From Balanoglossus misakiensis (lineage: Eukaryota > Animalia > Hemichordata), in the NCBI GenBank assembly GCA_040954595.2, contig CM082593.2:10429477-10493476 (forward strand): a DNA stretch of 64,000 nt. The letters run 5' to 3'. The position numbers and the translations under genes are program-made. Below, one piece after another: positions 15,001 through 30,000 of this stretch; within the stretch, counting starts at the first letter, position 1; each line of letters starts with the position of its first letter. The notes beneath the pieces are model-generated. The model worked only from the letters and a program-made list of their open reading frames with translations, did not search any database and was not told the DNA's origin.

Positions 15001-18000
15001 GATTTTTGAAAAAAATCATGTGTGAAAATCATCAAAAAATGACAAATTTTCGACTTTGCAAAATCTCAAAATTTCGTCAATTTTTGAAAAAATCATGGGT
15101 GAAAATCATCAAAAAATGACAAATTTTCGTCTTTGCAAAATCTCAAAATTTCGTCCATTTTAAAAAAAAAACGGGGGAAAATCATCAAAAAATGACAAAT
15201 TTTCGACTTTGCAAAATCTAAAAATTTCGTCGATTTTTGAAAAAAATCATGGGTGAAAATCATCAAAAAATGACAAATTTTCGACTTTGCAAAATCTCAA
15301 AATTTCGTCGGTTTTTGAAAAATAATATGGGTGAAAATCATCAAAAAATGACAAATTTTCGACTTTGCAAAATCTCAAAATTTCGTCGGTTTTGAAAAAA
15401 ATCATGGGTTCGTCGATTTTTTTAAATAAAAACATGGGTGAAAATCATCAAAAAATGACACATTTTCGACTTTGCAAAATCTCAAAATTTCGTCGATTTT
15501 TGAAAAAAATCATGGGGGAAAATCATGAAAAAAATGACAAATTTTCCTCTTTGCAAAATCTCAAAATTTCGTCGATTTTTAAAAAAAGACATGGGTGAAA
15601 ATCATCAAAAAATAACAAATTTTCGACTTTGCAAAATCTCAAAATTTCGTCCATTTTTGAAAAAAAATCATGGGTAAAAATCATCAAAAAATGACAAATT
15701 TTGAAAAAAAACGGGTGAAAATCATCAAAAAATGACACATTTTCGACTTTGCAAAATCTCAAAATTTCGTCGATTTTTGAAAAAAAATCATGGGTGAAAA
15801 TCATCAAAAAATGACAAATTTTCGTCTTTGCAAAATCTCAAAATTTCGTCCATTTCTGAAAAAAAATTATGGGTAAAAATCATCAAAAATGACAAATTTT
15901 CATCTTTGCAAAATCTCAAATTTTCGTCGATTTTTGAAAAAAAATCATTGTTGAAAATCATCAAAAAATGACAAAATTTTCGACTTTGCAAAATCTCAAA
16001 ATTTCGACGATTTTTGAAAAAAATCATGGGGGAAAATCATGAAAAAATGACAAATTTTCGTCTTTGCAAAATCTCAAAATTTCGTCCATCTTTGAAAAAA
16101 ATCATGGGTGAAAATCATCAAAAAATGACAAATTTTCGACTTTGCAAAATCTCAACATTTCGTCAATTTTTGAAAAAATCGTGGGTGAAAATCATCAAAA
16201 AATGACAAATTTTCGACTTTGCAAAATCTCAAAATTTCGTCGATTTTTGAAAAAAATCATGGGGGAAAATCATGAAAAAATGACAAATTTCCTCTCTGCA
16301 AAATCTCAAAATTTCGTCGATTTTTGAAAAAAAATCTTGGGTGAAAATCATCAAAAAATGACAAATTTTCGTCTTTGCAAAATCTCAAAATTTCGTCCAT
16401 TTTTGAAAAAAAATCATGGGTAAAAATCATCAAAAATGACAAATTTTCGTCTTTGCAAAATCTCAAATTTTCGTCGATTTTTGAAAAAAAATCATGGTTG
16501 AAAATCATCAAAAAATGACAAAATTTTCGACTTTGTAAAATCACAAAATTTCGTCGATTTTGAAAAAAATCATAGGTTCGTCGATTTTTAAAAAAAAAAC
16601 ATGGGTGAAAATCATCAAAAAATGACAAATTTTGAAAAAAAAACGGGTGAAAATCATCAAAAAAATGACACATTTTCGTCGACTTTGCAAAATCTCAAAA
16701 TTTCGTCGATTTTTGAAAAAAATCATGGGGGAAAATCATGAAAAAATGACAAATTTTCCTCTTTGCAAAATCTCAAAATTTCGTCGATTTTTAAAAAAAG
16801 ACATGGGTGAAAATCATCAAAAAATAACAAATTTTCGACTTTGCAAAATCTCAAAATTTCGTCCATTTTTGAAAAAAAATCATGGGTAAAAATCATCAAA
16901 AAATGACAAATTTTCGTCTTTGCAAAATCTCACAATTTCGTCGATTTTTGAAAAAAATCATGTGTGAAAATCATCAAAAAATGACAAATTTTCGACTTTG
17001 CAAAATCTCAAAATTTCGTCAATTTTTGAAAAAATCATGGGTGAAAATCATCAAAAAATGACAAATTTTTGTCTTTGCAAAATCTCAAAATTTCGTCCAT
17101 TTTAAAAAAAAAACGGGGGAAAATCATCAAAAAATGACAAATTTTCGACTTTGCAAAATCTAAAAATTTCGTCGATTTTTGAAAAAATCATGGGTGAAAA
17201 TCATCAAAAAATGACAAATTTTCGACTTTGCAAAATCTCAAAATTTCGTCGGTTTTTGAAAAATAATATGGGTGAAAATCATCAAAAAATGACAAATTTT
17301 CGACTTTGCAAAATCTCAAAATTTCGTCGGTTTTGAAAAAAATCATGGGTTCGTCGATTTTTTTAAATAAAAACATGGGTGAAAATCATCAAAAAATGAC
17401 AAATGTTCGACTTTGCAAAATCTAAAAATTTCGTCGATTTTTGAAAAAAAATCATGGGTGAAAATCATCAAAAAATGACAAATTTTCGTCTTTGCAAAAT
17501 CTCAAAATTTCGTCCATTTTTGAAAAAAAAATCATGGGTAAAAATCATCAAAAATGACAAATTTTGAAAAAAAAACGGGTGAAAATCATCAAAAAAATGA
17601 CACATTTTCGTCGACTTTGCAAAATCTCAAAATTTCGTCGATTTTTGAAAAAAATCATGGGGGAAAATCATGAAAAAATGACAAATTTTCCTCTTTGCAA
17701 AATCTCAAAATTTCGTCGATTTTTAAAAAAAGACATGGGTGAAAATCATCAAAAAATAACAAATTTTCGACTTTGCAAAATCTCAAAATTTCGTCCATTT
17801 TTGAAAAAAAATCATGGGTAAAAATCATCAAAAAATGACAAATTTTCGTCTTTGCAAAATCTCACAATTTCGTCGATTTTTGAAAAAAATCATGTGTGAA
17901 AATCATCAAAAAATGACAAATTTTCGACTTTGCAAAATCTCAAAATTTCGTCAATTTTTGAAAAAATCATGGGTGAAAATCATCAAAAAATGACAAATTT

Positions 18001-21000
18001 TCGTCTTTGCAAAATCTCAAAATTTCGTCCATTTTAAAAAAAAAACGGGTGAAAATCATCAAAAAATGACAAATTTTCGACTTTGCAAAATCTCAAAATT
18101 TCGTCGATTTTTGAAAAAAAATCATGGGTGAAAATCATCAAAAAATGACAAATTTTCGTCTTTGCAAAATCTCAAAATTTCGTCCATTTTTGAAAAAAAA
18201 TCATGGGTGAAAATCATCAAAAAATGACAAATTTTCGTCTTTGCAAAATCTCAAAATTTCGTCCATTTCTGAAAAAAAATTATGGGTAAAAATCATCAAA
18301 AATGACAAATTTTCATCTTTGCAAAATCTCAAATTTTCGTCGATTTTTGAAAAAAAATCATGGTTGAAAATCATCAAAAAATGACAAATTTTCCTCTTTG
18401 CAAAATCTCAAAATTTCGTCGATTTTTTGAAAAATTTTCAACTTTGCAAAATCTCAAAATTTCGTTGATTTTTGAAAAAAATCATGGGGGAAAATCATCA
18501 AAAATGACAAATTTACGACTACAAAATCTCAAAATTTCGTCGATTTGTGAAAAAAAATCATGGGTGAAAATCATCAAAAAATGACAAATTTTCGACTGCA
18601 AAATCTCAAAATTTCGTCGATTTTTGAAATAAATCATTGTTGAAATCATCAAAAAATGACACATTTTCGACTTTGCAAAATCTCAAAATTTCGTCGATTT
18701 TTGAAAAAAAAACGGGTGAAAATCATCAAAAAATGACAAATTTGGAAAAAAAAACGGGTGAAAATCATCAAAAAATGACACATTTTCGACTTTGTAAAAT
18801 CACAAAATTTCGTCGATTTTGAAAAAAATCATAGGTTCGTCGATTTTTTAAAAAAAAACATGGGTGAAAATCATCAAAAAATGACAAATTTTGAAAAAAA
18901 AACGGGTGAAAATCATCAAAAAATGACACATTTTCGACTTTGCAAAATCTCAAAATTTCGTCGATTTTTGAAAAAAAAACGGGTGAAAATCATCAAAAAA
19001 TGACAAATTTTGAAAAAAAAACGGGTGAAAATCATCAAAAAATGACACATTTTCGACTTTGTAAAATCACAAAATTTCGTCGATTTTGAAAAAAATCATA
19101 GGTTCGTCGATTTTTTTAAAAAAAACATGGATGAAAATCATCAAAACATGACAAATTTTGAAAAAAAAACGGGTGAAAATCATCAAAAAATGACACATTT
19201 ACGACTTTGCAAAATCTCAAAATTTCGTCGATTTTTGAAAAAAAATCATGGGTGAAAATCATCAAAAAATGAAAATTTTTCGTCTTTGCAAAATCTCAAA
19301 ATTTCGTCCATTTTTGAAAAAAAAATCATGGGTAAAAATCATCAAAAATGACAAATTTTCGTCTTTGCAAAATCTCAAAATTTCGTCGATTTTTGAAGAA
19401 AATCATGGGTGAAAATCATCAAAAAATGACAAATTTTCGACTTTGCAAAATCTCAAAATTTTTTCGATTTTTGAAAAAAAACATGGGTAAAAATTATCAA
19501 AAAATGACAAATTTTCGACTTTGCAAAATCTCAAAATTTCGTAGATTTTTGAAAAAAAACATGGGTAAAAATCATCAAAAAATGACAAATTTTCGTCTTT
19601 GCAAAATCTCACAATTTCGTCGATTTTTGAAAAAAATCATGTGTGAAAATCATCAAAAAATGACAAATTTTCGACTTTGCAAAATCTCAAAATTTCGTCA
19701 ATTTTTGAAAAAATCACGGGTGAAAATCATCAAAAAATGACAAATTTTCGTCTTTGCAAAATCTCAAAATTTCGTCCATTTTAAAAAAAAAAACGGGGGA
19801 AAATCATCAAAAAATGACAAATTTTCGACTTTGCAAAATCTAAAAATTTCGTCGATTTTTGAAAAAAATCATGGGTGAAAATCATCAAAAATGACAAATT
19901 TTCGACTTTGCAAAATCTCAAAATTTCGTCGGTTTTTGAAAAATAATATGGGTGAAAATCATCAAAAAATGACAAATTTTCGACTTTGCAAAATCTCAAA
20001 ATTTCGTCGATTTTTGAAAAAAAATCATGGGTGAAAATCATCAAAAAATGACAAATTTTCGTCTTTGCAAAATCTCAAAATTTCGTCCATTTTTGAAAAA
20101 AAATCATGGGTGAAAATCATCAAAAAATGACAAATTTTCGTCTTTGCAAAATCTCAAAATTTCGTCCATTTCTGAAAAAAAATTATGGGTAAAAATCATC
20201 AAAAATGACAAATTTTCATCTTTGCAAAATCTCAAATGTTCGTCGATTTTTGAAAAAAAATCATGGTTGAAAATCATCAAAAAATGACAAATTTTCCTCT
20301 TTGCAAAATCTCAAAATTTCGTCGATTTTTTGAAAAATTTTCAACTTTGCAAAATCTCAAAATTTCGTTGATTTTTGAAAAAAATCATGGGGGAAAATCA
20401 TCAAAAATGACAAATTTACGACTACAAAATCTCAAAATTTCGTCGATTTGTGAAAAAAAATCATGGGTGAAAATCATCAAAAAATGACAAATTTTCGACT
20501 GCAAAATCTCAAAATTTCGTCGATTTTTGAAAAAAATCATTGTTGAAAATCATCAAAAAATGACAAATTTTGAAAAAAAAACGGGTGAAAATCATCAAAA
20601 AATGACACATTTTCGACTTTGTAAAATCACAAAATTTCGTCGATTTTGAAAAAAATCATAGGTTCGTCGATTTTTTTAAAAAAAACATGGGTGAAAATCA
20701 TCAAAAAATGACAAATTTTGAAAAAAAAACGGGTGAAAATCATCAAAAAATGACACATTTTCGACTTTGCAAAATCTCAAAATTTCGTCGATTTTTGAAA
20801 AAAAAACGGGTGAAAATCATCAAAAAATGACAAATTTTGAAAAAAAAACGGGTGAAAATCATCAAAAAATGACACATTTTCGACTTTGTAAAATCACAAA
20901 ATTTCGTCGATTTTGAAAAAAATCATAGGTTCGTCGATTTTTTAAAAAAAAACATGGATGAAAATCATCAAAACATGACAAATTTTGAAAAAAAAACGGG

Positions 21001-24000
21001 TGAAAATCATCAAAAAATGACACATTTACGACTTTGCAAAATCTCAAAATTTCGTCGATTTTTGAAAAAAAATCATGGGTGAAAATCATCAAAAAATGAA
21101 AATTTTTCGTCTTTGCAAAATCTCAAAATTTCGTCCATTTTTGAAAAAAAAATCATGGGTAAAAATCATCAAAAATGACAAATTTTCGTCTTTGCAAAAT
21201 CTCAAAATTTCGTCGATTTTTGAAGAAAATCATGGGTGAAAATCATCAAAAAATGACAAATTTTCGACTTTGCAAAATCTCAAAATTTTTTCGATTTTTG
21301 AAAAAAAACATGGGTAAAAATTATCAAAAAATGACAAATTTTCGACTTTGCAAAATCTCAAAATTTCGTAGATTTTTGAAAAAAAACATGGGTAAAAATC
21401 ATCAAAAAATGACAAATTTTCGACTTTGCAAAATCTCAAAATTTCGTCAATTTTGAATAAAAATCATGGGTGAAAATCATCAAAAAATGACAAATTTTCG
21501 ACTTTGCAAAATCTCAAAATTTCGTCGATTTTTGAAAAAAAACCGGGTGAAAATCATCAAAAAATGACACATTTACGACTTTGCAAAATCTCAAAATTTC
21601 GTCGATTTTTGAAAAAAAATCATGGGTGAAAATCATCAAAAAATGACAAATTTTCGATTTTGCAAAATCTCAAAATTTCGTCGATTTTTGAAAAAAAAAT
21701 CATGGGTAAAAATCATCAAAAATGACAAATTTTCGTCTTTGCAAAATCTCAAAATTTCGTCGATTTTTGAAGAAAATCATGGGTGAAAATCATCAAAAAA
21801 TGACAAATTTTCGACTTTGCAAAATCTCAAAATTTTTTCGATTTTTGAAAAAAAACATGGGTAAAAATTATCAAAAAATGACAAATTTTCGACTTTGCAA
21901 AATCTCAAAATTTCGTAGATTTTTGAAAAAAACATGGGTAAAAATCATCAAAAAATGACAAATTTTCGACTTTGCAAAATCTCAAAATTTCGTCAATTTT
22001 GAATAAAAATCATGGGTGAAAATCATCAAAAAATGACAAATTTTCGACTTTGCAAAATCTCAAAATTTCGTCGATTTTTGAAAAAAAAACCGGGTGAAAA
22101 TCATCAAAAAATGACACATTTACGACTTTGCAAAATCTCAAAATTTCGTCGATTTTTGAAAAAAAAATCATGGTGAAAATCATCAAAAAATGACAAATTT
22201 TCGATTTTGCAAAATCTCAAAATTTCGTCGATTTTTGAAAAAAAACGGGTGAAAATCATCAAAAAATGACACATTTTCGTCGACTTTGCAAAATCTCAAA
22301 ATTTCGTCGATTTTTGAAAAAAATCATGGGTGAAAATCATCAAAAAATGACAAATTTTCGACTTTGCAAAATCTCAACATTCGTCAATTTTTGAAAAAAT
22401 CGTGGGGTGAAAATCATCAAAAAATGACAAATTTTCGACTTTGCAAAATCTCAAAATTTCGTCGATTTTTGAAAAAATCATGGGGGAAAATCATGTAAAA
22501 ATGACAAATTTTCCTCTCTGCAAAATCTCAAAATTTCGTCGATTTTTGAAAAAAATCATTGTTGAAAATCATCAAAAAATGACAAATTTTCGACTTTGCA
22601 AAATCTCAAAATTTTGTTGATTTTTGAAAAAAATCATAGGTGAAAATCATCAAAAAATGACAAATTTTCGACTTTGCAAAATCTCAAAATTTTTCGATTG
22701 TTGAAAAAAATCATCGGTGAAAATCATCAAAAATGACAAATTTTTCGACTTTGCAAAATCTCAAAATTTTGTTGATTTTTGAAAAAAATCATAGGTGGAA
22801 AATCATCAAAAAATGACAAATTTTCGACTTTGCAAAATCTCAAAATTTCGTCGATTTTTGAAGAAAATCATGGGTGAAAATCATCAAAAAATGACAAATT
22901 TTGAAAAAAAAACGGGTGAAAATCATCAAAAAATGACACATTTACGACTTTGCAAAATCTCAAAATTTCGTCGATTTTTGAAAAAAAACCGGGTGAAAAT
23001 CATCAAAAAATGACACATTTACGACTTTGCAAAATCTCAAAATTTCGTCGATTTTGAAAAAAAATCATGGGTGAAAATCATCAAAAAATGACAAATTTTC
23101 GATTTTGCAAAATCTCAAAATTTCGTCGATTTTTGAAAAAAAACGGGTGAAAATCATCAAAAAATGACACATTTTCGTCGACTTTGCAAAATCTCAAAAT
23201 TTCGTCGATTTTTGAAAAAAATCATGGGGGAAAATCATGAAAAAAATGACAAATTTTCCTCTTTGCAAAATCTCAAAATTTCGTCGATTTTTAAAAAAAG
23301 ACATGGGTGAAAATCATCAAAAAATAACAAATTTTCGACTTTGCAAAATCTCAAAATTTCGTCCATTTTTGAAAAAAAATCATGGGTAAAAATCATCAAA
23401 AAATGACAAATTTTGAAAAAAAACGGGTGAAAATCATCAAAAAATGACACATTTTCGACTTTGCAAAATCTCAAAATTTCGTCGATTTTTGAAAAAAAAT
23501 CATGGGTGAAAATCATCAAAAAATGACAAATTTTCGTCTTTGCAAAATCTCAAAATTTCGTCCATTTCTGAAAAAAAATTATGGGTAAAAATCATCAAAA
23601 ATGACAAATTTTCATCTTTGCAAAATCTCAAATTTTCGTCGATTTTTGAAAAAAAATCATTGTTGAAAATCATCAAAAAATGACAAAATTTTCGACTTTG
23701 CAAAATCTCAAAATTTCGACGATTTTTGAAAAAAATCATGGGGGAAAATCATGAAAAAATGACAAATTTTCGTCTTTGCAAAATCTCAAAATTTCGTCCA
23801 TCTTTGAAAAAAATCATGGGTGAAAATCATCAAAAAATGACAAATTTTCGACTTTGCAAAATCTCAACATTTCGTCAATTTTTGAAAAAATCGTGGGTGA
23901 AAATCATCAAAAAATGACAAATTTTCGACTTTGCAAAATCTCAAAATTTCGTCGATTTTTGAAAAAAATCATGGGGGAAAATCATGAAAAAATGACAAAT

Positions 24001-27000
24001 TTTCCTCTCTGCAAAATCTCAAAATTTCGTCGATTTTTGAAAAAAAATCTTGGGTGAAAATCATCAAAAAATGACAAATTTTCGTCTTTGCAAAATCTCA
24101 AAATTTCGTCCATTTTTGAAAAAAAATCATGGGTAAAAATCATCAAAAATGACAAATTTTCGTCTTTGCAAAATCTCAAATTTTCGTCGATTTTTGAAAA
24201 AAAATCATGGTTGAAAATCATCAAAAAATGACAAAATTTTCGACTTTGTAAAATCACAAAATTTCGTCGATTTTGAAAAAAATCATAGGTTCGTCGATTT
24301 TTAAAAAAAAAACATGGGTGAAAATCATCAAAAAATGACAAATTTTGAAAAAAAAAACGGGTGAAAATCATCAAAAAAATGACACATTTTCGTCGACTTT
24401 GCAAAATCTCAAAATTTCGTCGATTTTTGAAAAAAATCATGGGGGAAAATCATGAAAAAATGACAAATTTTCCTCTCTGCAAAATCTCAAAATTTCGTCG
24501 ATTTTTGAAAAAAAATCTTGGGTGAAAATCATCAAAAAATGACAAATTTTCGTCTTTGCAAAATCTCAAAATTTCGTCCATTTTTGAAAAAAAATCATGG
24601 GTAAAAATCATCAAAAATGACAAATTTTCGTCTTTGCAAAATCTCAAATTTTCGTCGATTTTTGAAAAAAAATCATGGTTGAAAATCATCAAAAAATGAC
24701 AAAATTTTCGACTTTGTAAAATCACAAAATTTCGTCGATTTTGAAAAAAATCATAGGTTCGTCGATTTTTAAAAAAAAAACATGGGTGAAAATCATCAAA
24801 AAATGACAAATTTTGAAAAAAAAACGGGTGAAAATCATCAAAAAAATGACACATTTTCGTCGACTTTGCAAAATCTCAAAATTTCGTCGATTTTTGAAAA
24901 AAATCATGGGGGAAAATCATGAAAAAATGACAAATTTTCCTCTTTGCAAAATCTCAAAATTTCGTCGATTTTTAAAAAAAGACATGGGTGAAAATCATCA
25001 AAAAATAACAAATTTTCGACTTTGCAAAATCTCAAAATTTCGTCCATTTTTGAAAAAAAATCATGGGTAAAAATCATCAAAAAATGACAAATTTTCGTCT
25101 TTGCAAAATCTCACAATTTCGTCGATTTTTGAAAAAAATCATGTGTGAAAATCATCAAAAAATGACAAATTTTCGACTTTGCAAAATCTCAAAATTTCGT
25201 CAATTTTTGAAAAAATCATGGGTGAAAATCATCAAAAAATGACAAATTTTCGTCTTTGCAAAATCTCAAAATTTCGTCCATTTTAAAAAAAAAACGGGGG
25301 AAAATCATCAAAAAATGACAAATTTTCGACTTTGCAAAATCTAAAAATTTCGTCGATTTTTGAAAAAAATCATGGGTGAAAATCATCAAAAAATGACAAA
25401 TTTTCGACTTTGCAAAATCTCAAAATTTCGTCGGTTTTTGAAAAATAATATGGGTGAAAATCATCAAAAAATGACAAATTTTCGACTTTGCAAAATCTCA
25501 AAATTTCGTCGGTTTTGAAAAAAATCATGGGTTCGTCGATTTTTTTAAATAAAAACATGGGTGAAAATCATCAAAAAATGACAAATGTTCGACTTTGCAA
25601 AATCTAAAAATTTCGTCGATTTTTGAAAAAAAATCATGGGTGAAAATCATCAAAAAATGACAAATTTTCGTCTTTGCAAAATCTCAAAATTTCGTCCATT
25701 TTTGAAAAAAAATCATGGGTAAAAATCATCAAAAATGACAAATTTTGAAAAAAAAACGGGTGAAAATCATCAAAAAAATGACACATTTTCGTCGACTTTG
25801 CAAAATCTCAAAATTTCGTCGATTTTTGAAAAAAATCATGGGGGAAAATCATGAAAAAATGACAAATTTTCCTCTTTGCAAAATCTCAAAATTTCGTCGA
25901 TTTTTAAAAAAAGACATGGGTGAAAATCATCAAAAAATAACAAATTTTCGACTTTGCAAAATCTCAAAATTTCGTCCATTTTTGAAAAAAAATCATGGGT
26001 AAAAATCATCAAAAAATGACAAATTTTCGTCTTTGCAAAATCTCACAATTTCGTCGATTTTTGAAAAAAATCATGTGTGAAAATCATCAAAAAATGACAA
26101 ATTTTCGACTTTGCAAAATCTCAAAATTTCGTCAATTTTTGAAAAAATCATGGGTGAAAATCATCAAAAAATGACAAATTTTCGTCTTTGCAAAATCTCA
26201 AAATTTCGTCCATTTTAAAAAAAAAACGGGGGAAAATCATCAAAAAATGACAAATTTTCGACTTTGCAAAATCTAAAAATTTCGTCGATTTTTGAAAAAA
26301 ATCATGGGTGAAAATCATCAAAAAATGACAAATTTTCGACTTTGCAAAATCTCAAAATTTCGTCGGTTTTTGAAAAATAATATGGGTGAAAATCATCAAA
26401 AAATGACAAATTTTCGACTTTGCAAAATCTCAAAATTTCGTCGATTTTTGAAAAAAAATCATGGGTGAAAATCATCAAAAAATGACAAATTTTCGTCTTT
26501 GCAAAATCTCAAAATTTCGTCCATTTTTGAAAAAAAATCATGGGTGAAAATCATCAAAAAATGACAAATTTTCGTCTTTGCAAAATCTCAAAATTTCGTC
26601 CATTTCTGAAAAAAAATTATGGGTAAAAATCATCAAAAATGACAAATTTTCATCTTTGCAAAATCTCAAATTTTCGTCGATTTTTGAAAAAAAATCATGG
26701 TTGAAAATCATCAAAAAATGACAAATTTTCCTCTTTGCAAAATCTCAAAATTTCGTCGATTTTTTGAAAAATTTTCAACTTTGCAAAATCTCAAAATTTC
26801 GTTGATTTTTGAAAAAAATCATGGGGGAAAATCATCAAAAATGACAAATTTACGACTACAAAATCTCAAAATTTCGTCGATTTGTGAAAAAAAATCATGG
26901 GTGAAAATCATCAAAAAATGACAAATTTTCGACTTTGCAAAATCTCAAAATTTTGTTGATTTTTGAAAAAAATCATAGGTGAAAATCATCAAAAAATGAC

Positions 27001-30000
27001 AAATTTTCGACTTTGCAAAATCTCAAAATTTCGTCGATTTTTGAAGAAAATCATGGGTGAAAATCATCAAAAAATGACAAATTTTGAAAAAAAAACGGGT
27101 GAAAATCATCAAAAAATGACACATTTACGACTTTGCAAAATCTCAAAATTTCGTCGATTTTTGAAAAAAAACCGGGTGAAAATCATCAAAAAATGACACA
27201 TTTACGACTTTGCAAAATCTCAAAATTTCGTCGATTTTTGAAAAAAAATCATGGGTGAAAATCATCAAAAAATGACAAATTTTCGATTTTGCAAAATCTC
27301 AAAATTTCGTCGATTTTTGAAAAAAAACGGGTGAAAATCATCAAAAAATGACACATTTTCGTCGACTTTGCAAAATCTCAAAATTTCGTCGATTTTTGAA
27401 AAAAATCATGGGGGAAAATCATGAAAAAAATGACAAATTTTCCTCTTTGCAAAATCTCAAAATTTCGTCGATTTTTAAAAAAAGACATGGGTGAAAATCA
27501 TCAAAAAATAACAAATTTTCGACTTTGCAAAATCTCAAAATTTCGTCCATTTTTGAAAAAAAATCATGGGTAAAAATCATCAAAAAATGACAAATTTTGA
27601 AAAAAACGGGTGAAAATCATCAAAAAATGACACATTTTCGACTTTGCAAAATCTCAAAATTTCGTCGATTTTTGAAAAAAAATCATGGGTGAAAATCATC
27701 AAAAAATGACAAATTTTCGTCTTTGCAAAATCTCAAAATTTCGTCCATTTCTGAAAAAAAATTATGGGTAAAAATCATCAAAAATGACAAATTTTCATCT
27801 TTGCAAAATCTCAAATTTTCGTCGATTTTTGAAAAAAAATCATTGTTGAAAATCATCAAAAAATGACAAAATTTTCGACTTTGCAAAATCTCAAAATTTC
27901 GACGATTTTTGAAAAAAATCATGGGGGAAAATCATGAAAAAATGACAAATTTTCGTCTTTGCAAAATCTCAAAATTTCGTCCATCTTTGAAAAAAATCAT
28001 GGGTGAAAATCATCAAAAAATGACAAATTTTCGACTTTGCAAAATCTCAACATTTCGTCAATTTTTGAAAAAATCGTGGGTGAAAATCATCAAAAAATGA
28101 CAAATTTTCGACTTTGCAAAATCTCAAAATTTCGTCGATTTTTGAAAAAAATCATGGGGGAAAATCATGAAAAAATGACAAATTTTCCTCTCTGCAAAAT
28201 CTCAAAATTTCGTCGATTTTTGAAAAAAAATCTTTGGGTGAAAATCATCAAAAAATGACAAATTTTCGTCTTTGCAAAATCTCAAAATTTCGTCCATTTT
28301 TGAAAAAAAATCATGGGTAAAAATCATCAAAAATGACAAATTTTCGTCTTTGCAAAATCTCAAATTTTCGTCGATTTTTGAAAAAAAATCATGGTTGAAA
28401 ATCATCAAAAAATGACAAAATTTTCGACTTTGTAAAATCACAAAATTTCGTCGATTTTGAAAAAAATCATAGGTTCGTCGATTTTTAAAAAAAAAACATG
28501 GGTGAAAATCATCAAAAAATGACAAATTTTGAAAAAAAAACGGGTGAAAATCATCAAAAAATGACACATTTTCCTCTGCAAAATCTCAAAATTTCGTCGT
28601 TTTTTGAAAAAAAATCATTGGTGAAAATCATCAAAAAATTACAAATTTTCGTCTTTGCAAAATCTCAAAATTTCGTCCATTTTTGAAAAAAAATCATGGA
28701 TAAAAATCATCAAAAATGACAAATTTTGAAAAAAAAACGGGTGAAAATCATAAAAAAAATGACACATTTTCGTCGACTTTGCAAAATCTCAAAATTTCGT
28801 CGATTTTTGAAAAAAATCATGGGGGAAAATCATGAAAAAATGACAAATTTTCCTCTTTGCAAAATCTCAAAATTTCGTCGATTTTTAAAAAAAGACATGG
28901 GTGAAAATCATCAAAAAATAACAAATTTTCGACTTTGCAAAATCTCAAAATTTCGTCCATTTTTGAAAAAAAATCATGGGTAAAAATCATCAAAAAATGA
29001 CAAATTTACGACTACAAAATCTCAAAATTTCGTCGATTTGTGAAAAAAAATCATGGGTGAAAATCATCAAAAAATGACAAATTTTCGACTTTGCAAAATC
29101 TCAAAATTTTGCCAATTTTGAAAAAATCATGGGTGAAAATCATCAAAAAATGACAAATTTTTTACTGCAAAATCTCAAATTTTCGTCGATTTTTTAAAAA
29201 AATTGTTGAAAATCATCAAAAAATGAAAATTTTTTGACTGCAAAATCTCAAAATTTCGTCGATTTTTGAAAAAAGACATGGGTGAAAATCATCAAAAAAT
29301 GACAAATTTTCGACTTTGCAAAATCTCAAAATTTCGTCGATTTTTGAAAAAATCATGGGTGAAAATCATGAAAAAATGACAAATTTTCGACTTTGCAAAA
29401 TCTGAAAATTTCGTCGATTTTTGAAAAAAATCATGGGGGAAAATGATCAAAAAATGACAAATTTTCGACTGCAAAATCTCAAAATTTCGTCAATTTTGAA
29501 AAAAATCATGGTCGAAAATCATCAAATAATGACAATTTTTTTACTGCAAAATCTCAAAATTTCATCGATTTTTGAAAAAAATCATGGGTGAAAATCATCA
29601 AAAAATGACAAATTTTCGACTTTGCAAAATCTCAAAATTTCGTCGATTTTTGAAGAAAATCAAGGGTGAAAATCATCAAAAAATGACAAATTTTCGACTT
29701 TGCAAAATCTAAAAATTTCGTCGATTTTTGAAAAAAATCATGGGTGAAAATCATCAAAAAATGACAAATTTTTGACTGCAAAATCTCAAAATTTCGTCGA
29801 TTTTTGAAGAAAATCATGGGTGAAAATCATCAAAAAATGACAAATTTTCGACTTTGCAAAATCTCAAAATTTCGTCGATTTTTGAAAAAAAATCATGGGG
29901 AAAATGATCAAAAAATGACAAATTTTCGACTGCAAAATTTCAAAATTTCGTCAATTTTGAAAAAATCATGGGTGAAAATCATCAAAAAATGACAAATTTT

